From the NCBI RefSeq assembly GCF_018977255.1, contig NW_024704742.1, forward strand, positions 64,916,001-64,980,000: a stretch of 64,000 nt of DNA. The letters are read 5' to 3'. The number at the start of each line of letters is the position of its first letter. Position 1 is the stretch's first letter. This DNA is from Callorhinchus milii (Eukaryota). Below are positions 36,013 through 48,940 of this stretch, piece by piece. Made by a program: the position numbers and the translations under genes. A model generated the notes under the pieces. That model did no database searches. It was not told the DNA's origin and worked only from the letters and a program-made list of their open reading frames with translations.

Positions 36013-37189
36013 AATGGCAGCGATACACAAGAAAACATCAGCACCCAAGATATTTATATAGCTACAACTGGTCGCCCACACAATTCATTCACTTCTCCTC
36101 ATTTCTGTCATATTATAATTATCACTTCCTTCAATCACAGCCAATGTGGTAGATAAGCAGCGATGAGGCTAAATAAACAGAGATTGCATACTTATCTTCC
36201 TCATGTCTTAAATGGCCGAAGGGTAAACTCCACCACTAAGCCCAGAACACAGAGTAAGAAACTCAGGAAGCGCCCTGACCCTTTAAGGTCTCACATTATG
36301 TGCTGTGTTCTAATTGGCTGGACAGAGTGGGTGATGTCGGTGCAGGACCGTGCTGGAGAGAGACAAATGTCAGCATATTGCTCTCTTGGGACTAATAGTG
36401 TAGTTACATCACAAAGCTGTGGTCGATCCCCACTAGTTGCTCCAACAGAGATTTGTTTGGAAACCAATAGTAGAGTAGGTTTAACTGCAGGGACCTCATG
36501 AACAGCAGGGCACTGGGACCCATCATCATGCTTAAGAGTATCCAAACCACACTGGGCTCCACATATGTACATCATCAACACATGGAAATATCCCTATTCT
36601 GCTTAGGAAGCACACAACTCCTGGTATCTCGTCTGGGTTCAAACTTGTGCTCATTGGATGTCAAATGGCCAACAAGCTGACTCCAATTTGACATAATGCC
36701 AGAATTGAATCAAACCTCCATGACAGTGTTTGTTTCTAGTTCCTAAGTATTCCAGGACTCGGCTGATGACAGAGCAGCTTGGTGGTGGAACTCCACCTCA
36801 TCATGCAGTACAAAAGCGTAGCTCATTGGCAAGACTTGGAGGGGCAGATATATTATACAAATATATACACAGACAGATAACATAGTTCATCAACAGATAA
36901 TGATGAAACACTGACTTTTGCTGTCATTATCACAATTGCTAGTGTAAACAACTCATTCTTGCCTTCTTTCTTGTATGGTGACGGAGATTCAGTGGGAAAG
37001 TTGTTTGGTGTTAGGAATTGGGAATGAAGCCAAAATGACAGGCCCAGGGCCAGGAAGGCCAGTTGTGTTGGATGTGTGAACTGGCCTCAATATTCACATT
37101 TCAGGAACTCTAAAGAGCTGGTGCCCAACTGGTAAATGTACGGTAAATTTGAACTGACTGGCCTTATCACTGAGTCCACTTGTGATCTC

Positions 37190-37697
37190 CTGCACCAAGC
37201 TCCGTGAGCCAATCAACCCCATTCTCACCCGGCTTCACTGGCTCTCCAATCCCGAGGATCGAGTTTAAGATCCTCGTCCTCACTTTTTAAATCCTCCACG
37301 ATCTTGCCCCTTCCTATATCTGTGACGTCAAAAACCGTACCAACCTGCCCATTCTTCCACTTGGCAAGCAATGGACTGCTCCATGTTCCCCGCCCTGTCC
37401 TCCCTACCATCGGCAGTTGGACTTTCTGTCTTCACCCTTTGGCACTCCGTCCCAGAGTCCCTTCGCCCTGCCCCTTCCCTTGCTTCCTTCATGGCCTGTC
37501 TCAAGACTCCCTCTTTGACTGCACCTTCGGTCATCCTCCCACCCTCAACTCCACCTACCCTTGCTCTCCACGCTTCTTGATTTTAACACCCAGCTCAGGT
37601 ACAAACCCTTGACTGTCCAGTGCCTTGGGACATCAACAACAACAAGATTTCATTTATAGAGCGCCTTTCACGTCGGGAGGATGTCCCAAGGCGCTGG
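37190..37697. mobile_element. L2 3' fragment (+) followed by an inverted L2 tail (-, about 37634-37697)
   Basis: Similar to the 3' part of the L2 at 12150-12597; caacaacaac...cacgtcgggaggatgtcccaag tail. Confidence 0.75.
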
Positions 37698-38818
37698 ACA
37701 GTTGGGTCGGGATGGCCTACCCCCTAGTTGGTTCCTCGACATGCTGCTCTAGAACGTTATCTCTCATACACTCAATGAACTCTTCTTCTAACCTACTTTT
37801 GCCGATTTGGTTTTCCCAATCTATGTGGAGATTGAAATCACCCTCTATTATTGCTTTACCTTTCCTCCACTGATTTCCTGATTAATACCTTGTGCTATAT
37901 TGTGATCACTGTTTGGGAGTCCACTCCCATTAATATTTTCTGCCCCTTATTATTTTTTGTCAAGTTTTCTTACTCCACACGCCTCTGTTTACCCAGCAGT
38001 AAGTAGGAACCTGGTTGTTAGTTGATTGGCAGATCGCTTTTACAGGGGTAATAATCGCTTCAAAAATGTTGGGGTTTTTTATTTAAATAATTTTATTACT
38101 CAATCCATGACTGTTTGTGGGACACTGCTCTGAGCAATTTGCTGCCACATTTCAACCACAAAATACACAGTCGATTCACTTTACAGTATATTCTGTGAAG
38201 TGCTTTGAGGTGTCTCGAAAATTATTAAAGACTTGAGGCCCCAGCATACCAGTGAAAAAAATAATGGAGCCTCGCCATTTAGTTGGCAATAGACCTATTT
38301 ATCAAAACTTCTGTTTTGCAAACATACATGTCAGGCAGTGACCCTCATTCGCAGGCAGTCATTGTTCTCCTGACTTGAAAGGCGCTATACAAATGTAATT
38401 TGTTGTTGTTTGTTGTTGTGTAACGTCAAATTTATTGCTGCCAATGCTTGGTATTTCAAGGCCTGCTTTCCTGGAGTATACATTGCTGTGACAGTAATGG
38501 GTTTAACCTGCTATTAATGATAATAATAATCCTCGCATTTGATATAGCGCCTTACTGCGTCATTGAGAATTCTCAAAGCGCTTCGCTGTAAAGTGGATTG
38601 ACTATGTATTCTGTGGGCGTGACGTCTACATTTGTTTTTATTTGATCCTAAAGACAATAGTCAACACATTCCTCAGATTGGCAAAGCAATGTATGAGAAT
38701 TCCTAAATAGAAAATCCACTTTTGTATCTGTGTGACTCCAAATAACTCCTGGGAACTGTTCAACAATCTAAGACGTCTCAAAGTGCTTCACAGGATTTTA
38801 CTATGATGAGTAGAGACT

Positions 38819-39140
38819 ATAATAATAATAATAATAATCCTTGCATTTGATATAGCGCTTTTCACGTCGGGAGGACGTCCCAAAGCGCTTCACAGAACAC
38901 ACTGTAAAGTGAATTGACTGTATATTTGTGGGCGAACGCGGCAGCCAATTGCGCACAGCAATGTCCCACAAACAGTCGTGGATTGAAAATGACCGATTTA
39001 TTATTGTTTTGTTTTGGAGGGATTATTATTAGGCGGGTGGAGTAAGGAAACTTGCCCAAGGTTTCGCCCTCTGCCTGGAATTGAACTCAGGTCTCTCACT
39101 TGCAAAGCAAGTGCTCTAACCACTGAGCTACAGGACTCCA
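38819..39140 (-). mobile_element. Young full-length SINE copy
   Basis: Near-identical to the type copy. Confidence 0.9.
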
Positions 39141-39164
39141 CTATTTACTAATTTACTATGTAAA

Positions 39165-39505
39165 TTTGTGGGCGAATGCAGGCGGCAGTTTGCCCACAAC
39201 AATGTCTCACATATAGCTGTGAAGTGAATGACCGATTTTATGTGGAAAATTATTTACCAGGACACCAGGAGAAACTCCTTTCTCTATTTGAATAGGGAAT
39301 CTTTAACGTTTACCTGAACAGGCAGATAAGGCCTAGGTTTAATGGCTCATCTGAAAGACGGCACCTTCAACAATGCAGCAAATCCCCCTCAGCATTGCAT
39401 TGCAGTGTCAAGCTAGATTGTGAGTTCAAAGACCTGACGTGGTGCTTGAATCCACAATCCTCCGACTCAGAGGCGAGAGGGCTATCAACTGAGTCAGGCT
39501 GACAC
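39165..39505 (-). mobile_element. DeuSINE copy
   Basis: Core ggtttaatggctcatctgaaagacggcacc; head ending actgagtcaggctgacac. Confidence 0.72.
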
Positions 39506-39705
39506 TAGTGGAAATGAGGTTCCAACCCAACAATCCTCCAGATAAATTGGTCATTTACTTCATGAATGTTTGTTGCTTCCTGGCTGTGTTCTAAATGGTT
39601 GCCGTGTTTGCCTTAAAAACAGTAACTGCACTTGACCTTAATTACTGAAAAGCGTTTTGACACAGTTCAATAGGATAAAGCTCTATAAAAATAGCTGTCA
39701 GGATT

Positions 39706-39970
39706 AATAATAATAATAATAATAATCCTTGCATTTGATATAGCACTTTTCACGTCGGGAGGACGTCCCAAAGCGCTTCACGGAACACACTGTAAAGTGA
39801 ATTGACTGTATATTTGTGGGCGAACGCGGCAGCCAATTGCGCACAGCAATGTCCCACAAACAGTCATGGATTGAAAATGACCAATTTTATTATTGTTTTG
39901 TTTTTTTGGAGGGATTATTATTAGGCATGTGGAGTAAGGAAACTTGCCCAAGGTTTCGCCCTGCCTGGAA
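39706..39970 (-). mobile_element. Young 5'-truncated SINE copy
   Basis: Near-identical to the type copy. Confidence 0.88.
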
Positions 39971-41410
39971 ATTGTAAACAATTAAGATGAAGGCTGCATT
40001 CCACAAGCCATGGTATCAATGGTATCAAGCAGTTTATTGGCTGGTTAAGTCAATACAATATCGGTTACAAAATCTTAAAATAACAATGCTGTTGAGGTTT
40101 TCTAACTTTTAACTTCCTATTACAATCTAAGAAATCTTCCATAAACAGCACTGAAGCAAGCGCAGACAGAGAGCTGAACTTTACACTTGAAGAACAGAAT
40201 AGACAATTATCTAGTGCTCAAATGCAACATGGACTAAACTACAGGGTACTGTATAGGGAGAAAGCCAGATAAATGGACTGAAAAGATCGCTCTTTAAAAG
40301 AGCCAGCACAGACACAATGAATGCCGCTCTTCAGTGCTATAAATTTCTATGATTCAATGGATTCAGTTTGATAAGACACTAAACACTGTGTGCAATCTGC
40401 TTCCTGAGATTACACTCAAACAACACAAAAAGAATACACAAGAATGAGCTGTTCAGACCCACTACTTCCAATCAACCATACAATATCTGTGCTGAGGGAT
40501 AGATTAATAAGCTCTCTGTGATAGAACATGTAATGGAATGTTACAGCCAAAAGTATCTGAACCAGATGAACTGTACTCAATAGATGATATTCCTGTGACC
40601 CAATACAGCCCTAATCTCCGCAATTTCAGAGCGTTTGAACTCATCTCCAGAACCGTCCATTATCACCAAATGTTCATCCAGCTCATTTGATGTAGGTAAT
40701 TGATAAGTCAGTGGATTCAGCTTTGGAGATCAATGCCTGTAGCCATAATTCTTTTAGAATATCTAAAAAAAATTCCGTCCAAAGACTGTATGGATATTAA
40801 GTGTTTATGTTTGGTTGCAATGATCACATTGCCGTTCTGTTCAGCTCCAAGTATGTATCAACTTTCAATTCCACAGCTTTGATCAAATCCCATTACAAAT
40901 CCAACCTCCGACTACTAACATCCTTCTCCTCAAGAATGCGGGGTGGTCAAAATAAAAGACATAAAAGAGAATAGAAAGGACTACTGCAAGTAGAGAGATT
41001 GATTTAAAAATGGTATTGGATCAGATGGCGGGTTTCGCTTCTACCATTTGGCACGCAGCCTTTGTTTATATTCTGTTCTCAGAACTCAAATGTAGAAATC
41101 ACTATTTTATTCTCAACTCTCAAAAAATATCTAACAATAGAATCAAAGCCCCTTCAGTTAGTTTTCCTACATTCATCTTTATACTTCCTGATCCCCTTTC
41201 ATTTTTTCCCAGTTAATTGGTCATTTCTTCTTAAAGGGTGTCCAACAGTTTGCTGTGACCAATCAGTTGTGCTAACCGAAACACTAACTTGTAGTTATAT
41301 AGCGTCATTCATACAGGATAGCATCTCTAAGTGCTGAAAAAGTTTCCATGCCCAAATTAATCACAGTAAACAAAGTCTTCTGTGTTATTAATGTAGCATT
41401 AAATAATTTC

Positions 41411-41950
41411 TAGTGGTGAGCCAGGTGTCTGATACATGTAGAAATCCATCTCCATGAGTATCTAAACCAAACTGAGAATTCCATGCATCCCACCTACACA
41501 TGGAAATCCCAGAGACAGATTGTTGGAATGGAATGTGCTCTCTCTCTCTCTCATCCTGCTTACCTAATTCCGGAAAGTATTAGGCACAGGTTAGCAGAAG
41601 CCAAACCTTGGGAGGGTACATTGGCGAACTGCTGGAGTCTAACCAGCTAAAATCTCATAGAGAGCACTGTCTGCAAGCTTTACCCCTGCTTGTCCAGCAA
41701 GAACCACCCTACCCATTGGGGCTTTGTCTTGCAGGGTTATTGGGAGCTGAATGGGAAGATGTCCTGCCCCCGGTGACTGGTCTGCCTTCCAGGTCCTGCT
41801 GATGAGCCAGGCTAGAATACTGTGGATCTGCCTGACTCAGGAACCTGACTACCGAGCCTGCCACAGAGGGCTGGCTCAATTCTGACATTCCATTGACAGG
41901 CATATCACCTTGAAGCCAGTTCAGCTCCAAGGAGACCCCGCTTACCCCCA
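41411..41950 (-). repeat. Longest copy (about 540 bp) of an unclassified A-tailed interspersed repeat
   Basis: Shares blocks with 16471-16740, 22030-22115, 22630-22750, 28183-28380, 30272-30600, 35275-35510, 36505-36590, 47825-47895 and 62590-62680. Confidence 0.75.
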
Positions 41951-43074
41951 CCCCAAGGATAATAGTCACTAGTTGGTAATTTGATACTCAACAAGTGCAG
42001 GTTTGAGCCATCCCCAGACGGATGGCAGATACCAGGAACTCCATGCGAGCTTCCTGGTGAGCAATGCAGCTCAACACATTGATAGGATTCTATTTCTGCT
42101 ACACTATCCCATCTGAAGGGCGCTGTATAAATTCAAGTTGTATTTCACTGGATGGGGCAGGAGTGGGGGGAGAAGTTCCTCTTGACGCAAGTTTCGCTTC
42201 AGCTTTTAATCTCTGGTTACCGATAAGGTTTGCATTTATGCTGACTTTTACGGGATAATAGTTTAACTTAAACAGCTTCTCATGTGACATGCATTGCACT
42301 AAAAAGAAGAAAAGCCTTAGCACATTTATCTGACCTTTGTGAGGAAGATGGATTTGTAATGTAACGCACAATGCTCAAAATCTATCAACACTCAAAGTGT
42401 TCACCAGACCATAGCTCTGGCATGCCTGTACTTGTTGCTAATCTAACATTACTGTATATTCATCCATTATATTTTCCTTTTGGATGGATGTGACATCAAT
42501 TTACAGCCAGAAAAAAAAATTATACACACAATGCCTCTGGGACTTCATCACTGGCAGCTGCTTGGAGCGCAGGGAGATTTGGAGAGATTGCAGAGCCTAC
42601 AATCACAGAGTTCCCACACCTCCACCTACATAGCAGCAAACCATTGTTATCAGTTAGTAGCTAGGGTTGTCTATTTTCCCTTTTTTTTAATATTCGCTTT
42701 CAACAGATAATGTTGACATTTATTTTATTTTAATAATAATACTTTGGTCACTCAATCCACGCCTGTTTGTAGGACACTGCCGTGTGCAATTGGCTGCCAT
42801 GTTTTGCCCACAAATACAGTCAATTCACTTTACAGTATATTCTGTGAAGCACTTTGAAATGTCTCGATGACGCGATAATGCGCCATATCAAACGCAAGGA
42901 TTATTATTAATATTATTATTATATTCAATTCGCTTTACAATATATTCTGTGAAGCACTATTATTATTTTTATTATTTTCAAATTCTGGATGTTCTGATCT
43001 AGACCCAGGAGGAAGGTCCCCAAAGGATATAATAGCCCAAAGTATATATTTAAAATGTTGTTCTCCTACAAAAT

Positions 43075-43450
43075 GTAGTCCTGCATTGGTTAGAGCACTT
43101 GCCTCATAAGCGAGAGGACCTGGGTTCGATTCCCAGGCAGGATGAAATCTTAGGCAGGTTTCCTTACTCCCTACACCTATGTTTACCTAGCAATAAGTAG
43201 GAACCTGGTTGTTAGTCTATTGGCGGCTTGCTTTCTGGGGATAATATTCCCTTCAAAAAAAAATAATAATGATAATTTGGTCACTTAATCCAGTTTGTGG
43301 ATCACGGCTGTGCGCAATTGGCTGCCCCGTTACGCCCACAAAATGTACGGTCAATTCACTTTACAGTATATTCTGTGAAGCGCTTTGAGACGTCTCAACG
43401 ATGTGATAAGGTGCTACATCAAATGAAAGGATTATTATTATATTATTATA
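43075..43450 (+). mobile_element. Older long-form SINE
   Basis: Full head-to-tail copy. Confidence 0.82.
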
Positions 43451-43456
43451 TAATAA

Positions 43457-44220
43457 TGCTGGACTTCCTCAAGACTAAAATTGAGGAGATCCGCTCAGCT
43501 GCCTCTGCCCTTCCAACTGCCATCCCCTCCCCATCTCCCCCTCACATTCTGGCCCCTACTCATCCCTCCCTCCATACCTTTGACCTTGTCTCCCCCTCCT
43601 CTCTCATCACCATTATGACCCATATGAAACCCACCACCTGCTCCCTCAACCCCATCCCTACCCCTCGCCTTATCTCCCTGCTTCACCCGCTTGCCCCTCT
43701 ACTCCCAGACATCATCAACGTTTCCTTGTCCACTGGCAGTGATCATCCAGAACTCTGCAGCTCGTGCTGTTTCCTGCACCAAGCTGTGTGATTCCATCAC
43801 CCCCACCCCCACCCAGCTCCACTCCCCAGAGGAAAGAGTTCAAAATGCTCGTGCTCAGCATCAAGGCCCTCCACGGTCTTGCTCTTTCGTGTCTCTGTGA
43901 CCTGCTAACGCCATACCATCCTGTCCGTTCCCTCCACGCAGCAGGAGATGGCCTGCTCCACATTCCCCGCCCGGCCTGCCCTACCATCGATGATCGGGCC
44001 TTCAGCCTCTCTGGCCCCACTGTTTGGACCTCCATCCTGCAGTCCCTACGACTCCCTCCCACCCTTACCTCCTTTAATGCACGCCTCACGACCCTTATCT
44101 TCGACCGGGCCACCCTCCTACCCTCCCTCCACCCCTCCTGATCCGAATCCCCTGTTCAGGATCAAATCCCTGACTGTCCAGAACCTTGGGACTAATCCCG
44201 ACATGAAAGGCACTACAGAA
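43457..44220 (+). mobile_element. Internally deleted L2 fragment
   Basis: [13 protein letters not shown]...[10 protein letters not shown] joined directly to IIQNSAAR...; 3' tail at about 44185-44220. Confidence 0.8.
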
Positions 44221-44788
44221 ATCATAGAATCATAGAATTATACAGCACAGAAGGAGGCCATTCGTCCCATCGTGTCAGTGCCAGTTCTTTGATAAGATGA
44301 AAAAAAGTAATGCATTGTTGTTATTTGTTATTATTATTATAAAAGAACATTTTGTGAGGGTTGCTTAAGACATGGTGATATTAATTTCCGTTCTCTTGTG
44401 ACAGAGGTGAACTTCCTCATCGATGGTTCAGTTACTCTTAAGCATGGCGACCGGATTCTGATTATGTGAAACACCAGGCTGGCGGAAGAAGGAAATTGAT
44501 ACAAACTTCTACTAATGATAAACAGATACCTCCTCTCTCAGTCAATTTGCAAACCAAGAAATATCTTTGGACTTTGCTAGCCTTCCCCCAGCTACCAAAG
44601 CCTTCTTTGATCTGCAAACAAGTCTTTTTCCAGATACAATCTTGTGTTACGTATGCTTCAGTGCATGTTCTTCGCTCCCACTGCTCTCTCATGTGAATCC
44701 AAGTACCGCAACAAGAATTTACATTTATATAACGTTTTCCACACCAAGGGAACGTCTCAAAGTGCTTCACACAGCTGACTGGAAGCCT

Positions 44789-45377
44789 ATAATAATAATA
44801 ATCCTTGCCTTTGATGTAGCACATTATCCCGACGTTGAGACGTCTCAAAGCGCTTCACGGGATATACTGTAAAGTGAATTTGACTGCGTATTTTGTGGGC
44901 GAAATGCGGCAGCCAATTATGCACAGCAGTGTCCCACAAACAGTCGTGGATTGAGTGACCACACTTTTTTTTGGAGGGATTATTACCCCGGGAAAGTGAT
45001 CTGCCAATCGACTAACACCTGGGTTCCTACTTAATAGTAATAATAATAATCCTTGCATTTGATATAGCACTTTTCACGTCGGGAGGCGTCCCAAAGCGCT
45101 TCACAGAACACACTGTAAAGTGAATTGACTGTATATTTGTGGGCGAATGCGGCAGCCAATTGCGCACAGCAATGTCCCACAAACAGCCGTAGATTGAAAA
45201 TGACCAATTTTTATTATTGTTTTGGGTTTTGGAGGGATTATTATTAGGCGTATGGAGTAAGGAAACTTGCCCAAGGTTTCGCCCTCTGCCTGGAATTGAA
45301 CTCAGGTCTCTCACTTGCAAAGCGAGTGCTCTAACCACTGAGCTACAGGACTCCACATACTGCTTGGTAAACAGAGG
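44789..45377 (-). mobile_element. Older long SINE with a young SINE (about 45034-45356) nested inside
   Basis: The old copy breaks at gggttcctactta and resumes tactgcttggtaaacagagg after the young copy. Confidence 0.85.
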
Positions 45378-46272
45378 AATCAGGAAACTGATCCCAGGGG
45401 GAGCCAAGGATTGCAGGTCGGGGGTAGTGATGGGGGTGGGGGGAGAAAGTTGGCCTAAAAGAAGATGCTGCGACACATTGCATCCAACCATTTCACCTGA
45501 GGCAGCTCACAAACACTCCAGTACCAATGCAGTGACCACCTTTTGCGCCTATTCCTTTGCAAGTAAGTTATCAGCTCTTAGAACCTGAGTGACAAGTTAT
45601 TCATGTCATTACAGAAGGTCACAAACAAAACATCCTCATGGGCATTGATATTTGGCTTCATTTCAGTTCAGTTGCAATAGAAACTTGCGCAACACAGGAC
45701 TGATTTATACCTGAGACAACAATGTCAACAATGTTTCAACTTTGGACCTTTTCCATCAGAAGTGTGGGTTTGGTGCTCAGTCCCCAGCAGTTTTATTTCC
45801 TGGTCTGCTTTACATGGATAATTATTACCTCTTCAACAGGCAAAGGTTATCACGAAGACATAGAGGTAGAAAAAAATGAGAGCTTTGAGCCACTACCACA
45901 AAGACTTGAAGCTTTTACTTTAGGAGCAATCTCTTTTCGCAGAGGGTGAGGTGAGATTGGTACTACAATCTGTCACTGACTTCATGACTCTTTGTGGAAC
46001 GCTGCTGTGTGCTATTGGCAGCCCCGTTTTGCCCACAAAAATATACGGTCAATTCACTTTACAGTACATTCTGTCAAGTGCTTTTATTGATTGATGACTC
46101 CCTGGCTTCCATGATCCTGGCAGTCGCAAACATATGTCATGTCACAAATGATATACTGTATATAGAGACCCCAATGAATAAGAATATACTCTCCATACGC
46201 TAGCTTTGCTAAATCAGAAACACTGCCTCACAATAGGATAAGACTGGCAGAATTCAACACGAGTGCACGTAC

Positions 46273-46319
46273 CTGTCAGTAGAGGCAGCTACTGAAGGAT
46301 CAGGAGCCTCATTCAGTTC
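46273..46319 (-). other. Candidate upstream SH3BP2 exon (47 nt; 5' UTR or N-terminal extension)
   Basis: Strong pyrimidine tract and acceptor tgctttttgttttgtccag| and donor CAG|gtacgt in non-repetitive sequence; one frame joins in frame to the ATG exon. Confidence 0.4.
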
Positions 46320-47284
46320 CTGGACAAAACAAAAAGCAACAGATAGATGTTTTGACTGCTCTAAACATTGCATTCGCCAATAGAAAAATCTTCACACTTC
46401 ACACTGAACAGCTTTGGAAGCGCAACAGTTTTTTCACACGAGAAATAAACACAACTCTAAAATAAAATTGTGACAAAGTTAATCCTCGGACTCCCTCTTG
46501 GAAGAGAACTTTGAGACTGGACATCAAAATAGTGGGTTCATCTTACAACACTTTGTTTGATACTTAACACCACAAATGCACCCTGATGTACGTGAAGCAG
46601 ACCTGCCTGACCAGTGTCTCAATGGTAATTTCCATGAAGCCAGGTCTGCAGCATTGGATTTGCAGTTTGTGGGATACCAGCATCTTTCTGTTTAATAGGA
46701 GCCTATAGCTGTCTGCCGCAATCAAAATAAAATATATAAAATATATAAAAATAGTTTTACCCACAAAATATACAGTCAATTCACTTTACTGTATATTCTG
46801 AAGCCTTTTGGGACATCTCAATGATGTGCTAAGGTACTATATCAAATGCAAGGATTATTGATGTCCTGGGATGTCCTCCTGATGTGAAAGGCACTATACA
46901 AATGTACTTTTCTAATGTATTTTATTATTCTTTTTATTATCAAATACCTGACTTCACAGATGTTCCCATTCAGAACAATGGCAACGGGAGGGAGGGGGGG
47001 AGTGGAGGACAAAATGGGGGTGTGGGGAGCAGGGCATCAGCCTCTGGACACATCTAAGTTGACTTCAAGGTGGTGAAAGAACAGGATAGCTGCTGCATTG
47101 CTGATGCAGGTCCAGGGGCTCAGCGTTCAATAGTGCAATGGATGAATATTCAGTAAGTTTTGCTCAGTTACAATAGGAAGCATTTATAACGAAACATTCT
47201 CTTGGGAAAACAACCAAGATGGAGAACATGCAATAAGGTAGCTCTGTGGAAGCAAAGTCTTCCTCAGCTAGGCCATTCGGAGTG

Positions 47285-47420
47285 CGGGAGGGAATGAGGG
47301 AATGAGGGAGGGAGGGAGTGAGCGAGGGATTGAGGGTGGGAGGGAGGGAGAGAGCGAGCGAAGGAGCGTAGGTGTCTACCAGACAAGCCTGGAGGGAGGG
47401 AGGGAGGGAAGGAGGGAGGG
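47285..47420 (+). repeat. (GGGA)n-like purine-rich low-complexity tract
   Basis: Repeated gggagggagg blocks. Confidence 0.75.
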
Positions 47421-48408
47421 ACCAAGGGGAAAAAAAATCAGAGGCCAGTGAAGGCCAGCTGTTCCTCCACAACAACAACAAATTGCATTTATATAGCACC
47501 TCTCAACAGCAGGATAATAGCAGCAAAGCCTGGGAAACAGGACATTATTTTTACATAAGTTTCTAGTCACTGCTCAAAATATAGTAAAAAATACTGTTGA
47601 GATATTGCTCAGGGGGTTACCAGCATTTTACAAAATCACTAAATACAGGGAAAAAAATCAGATTCTAATTTTCACGACAATAATGCATCAGGGTCGATCT
47701 GGAAGTGTGCTCTGAAGTACTTTATCGAATCTATATTCACTGCAGTACAGAAATAAGTGAAATAATAATCCTTGCATTTGATACAGCATCTTGTCACATC
47801 GAAACATCTCAGGTAGCTTCTGCTTTTTTTTTGTCAGGCCGAGTGTCTGATACTTGCGGAAATCCATCACTATTCTGAAGAGTATCCAAACCTAACTTCT
47901 GCTTCTTAGGTAACTTCCGTCAAGTGCATTTCGTAGCATTCGCACATAGCAAGGATCTCACAATCAACCAATAAAGCAAACGACTGATTTATCTGGGCAA
48001 TTGTTTACCAGGGAAAAAAGTATTTTCTCCTTTTGATAGTGGCCTGAGATCTTTTACATCTACCTGGACAGACAGATGGAACCTCGGTTTGACATATCAA
48101 TTGATAGTTGACACTTCTGATAATGCAGGGTTCCCCCACCCCACCTGGCCAAACTACACTGGCGTACCAGCCAAAACAAGAGAGGAACAGAGTGTGAGAC
48201 AGACTGAAGGAAACCAAGGAATTGACAGTCAGGGAGGAAGACAGAGACAGATGGTGGAGGGGTGGGGGGCAGGAAGAGAGAGAGATTGAGGCAATCAGTT
48301 TAGGGAAAGAACACAAGGGAGTCAGGAGGGGAACAAAGACACACACACACACATTTGGACATTCATTCCACGACTGTTTGTGGGACACTGCTGTGCGCAA
48401 TTGGCTGC

Positions 48409-48695
48409 TATAATAATAATAATAATCCTTGCATTTGATATAGCGCTTTTCACGTCGGGAGGACGTCCCAAAGTGCTTCACAGAACACACTGTAAAGTGA
48501 ATTGACTGTATATTTGTGGGCAAACGCGGCAGCCAATTGCGCACAGCAATGTCCCACAAACAGTCGTAGATTGAAAATGACCAATTTATTATTGTTTTTG
48601 TTTTTTGGAGGGATTATTATTAGGCTCTGTGTGGAGAAAGAAAACTTGCCCAAGGTTTTGCCCTCTGCCTGGAATTGAACTCAGGTCTCTCACTC
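48409..48695 (-). mobile_element. Young SINE copy nested in an older opposite-strand SINE relic
   Basis: The flanks (about 48365-48408 and 48696-48810) are the two halves of a plus-strand SINE 3' region. Confidence 0.85.
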
Positions 48696-48940
48696 TCACA
48701 TGTTTCACCCACAAAATACACAGTGAATTCACTTTACAATATATCTGTAAAGCGCTTTGAGACGTCTGAATGATGTGATAAGGCACTATAACAAATGCAA
48801 AGAGTTTTATTATAAACAGCTAACAGGAGAGACAGACAGAGCAACACAGATATATATACATACGACAGAAGACAACAAATGCAAACAAACAAGCGAGAGA
48901 AACAGATTTCAGCATAATGCTCTACATACTCATGAACATG

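Noticed and set aside
40400..40930. Unique, balanced-composition stretch that might be a decayed coding sequence
   Set aside because: The frames I read contain stops and show no recognisable motif. It would need BLASTx.
41790..41890. Hammerhead ribozyme core (CTGATGAG) in the unclassified repeat
   Set aside because: There is no correctly placed GAAA, and the homologous copy at about 16620-16635 reads CTGTTGAG. A cmscan against hammerhead models would settle it.
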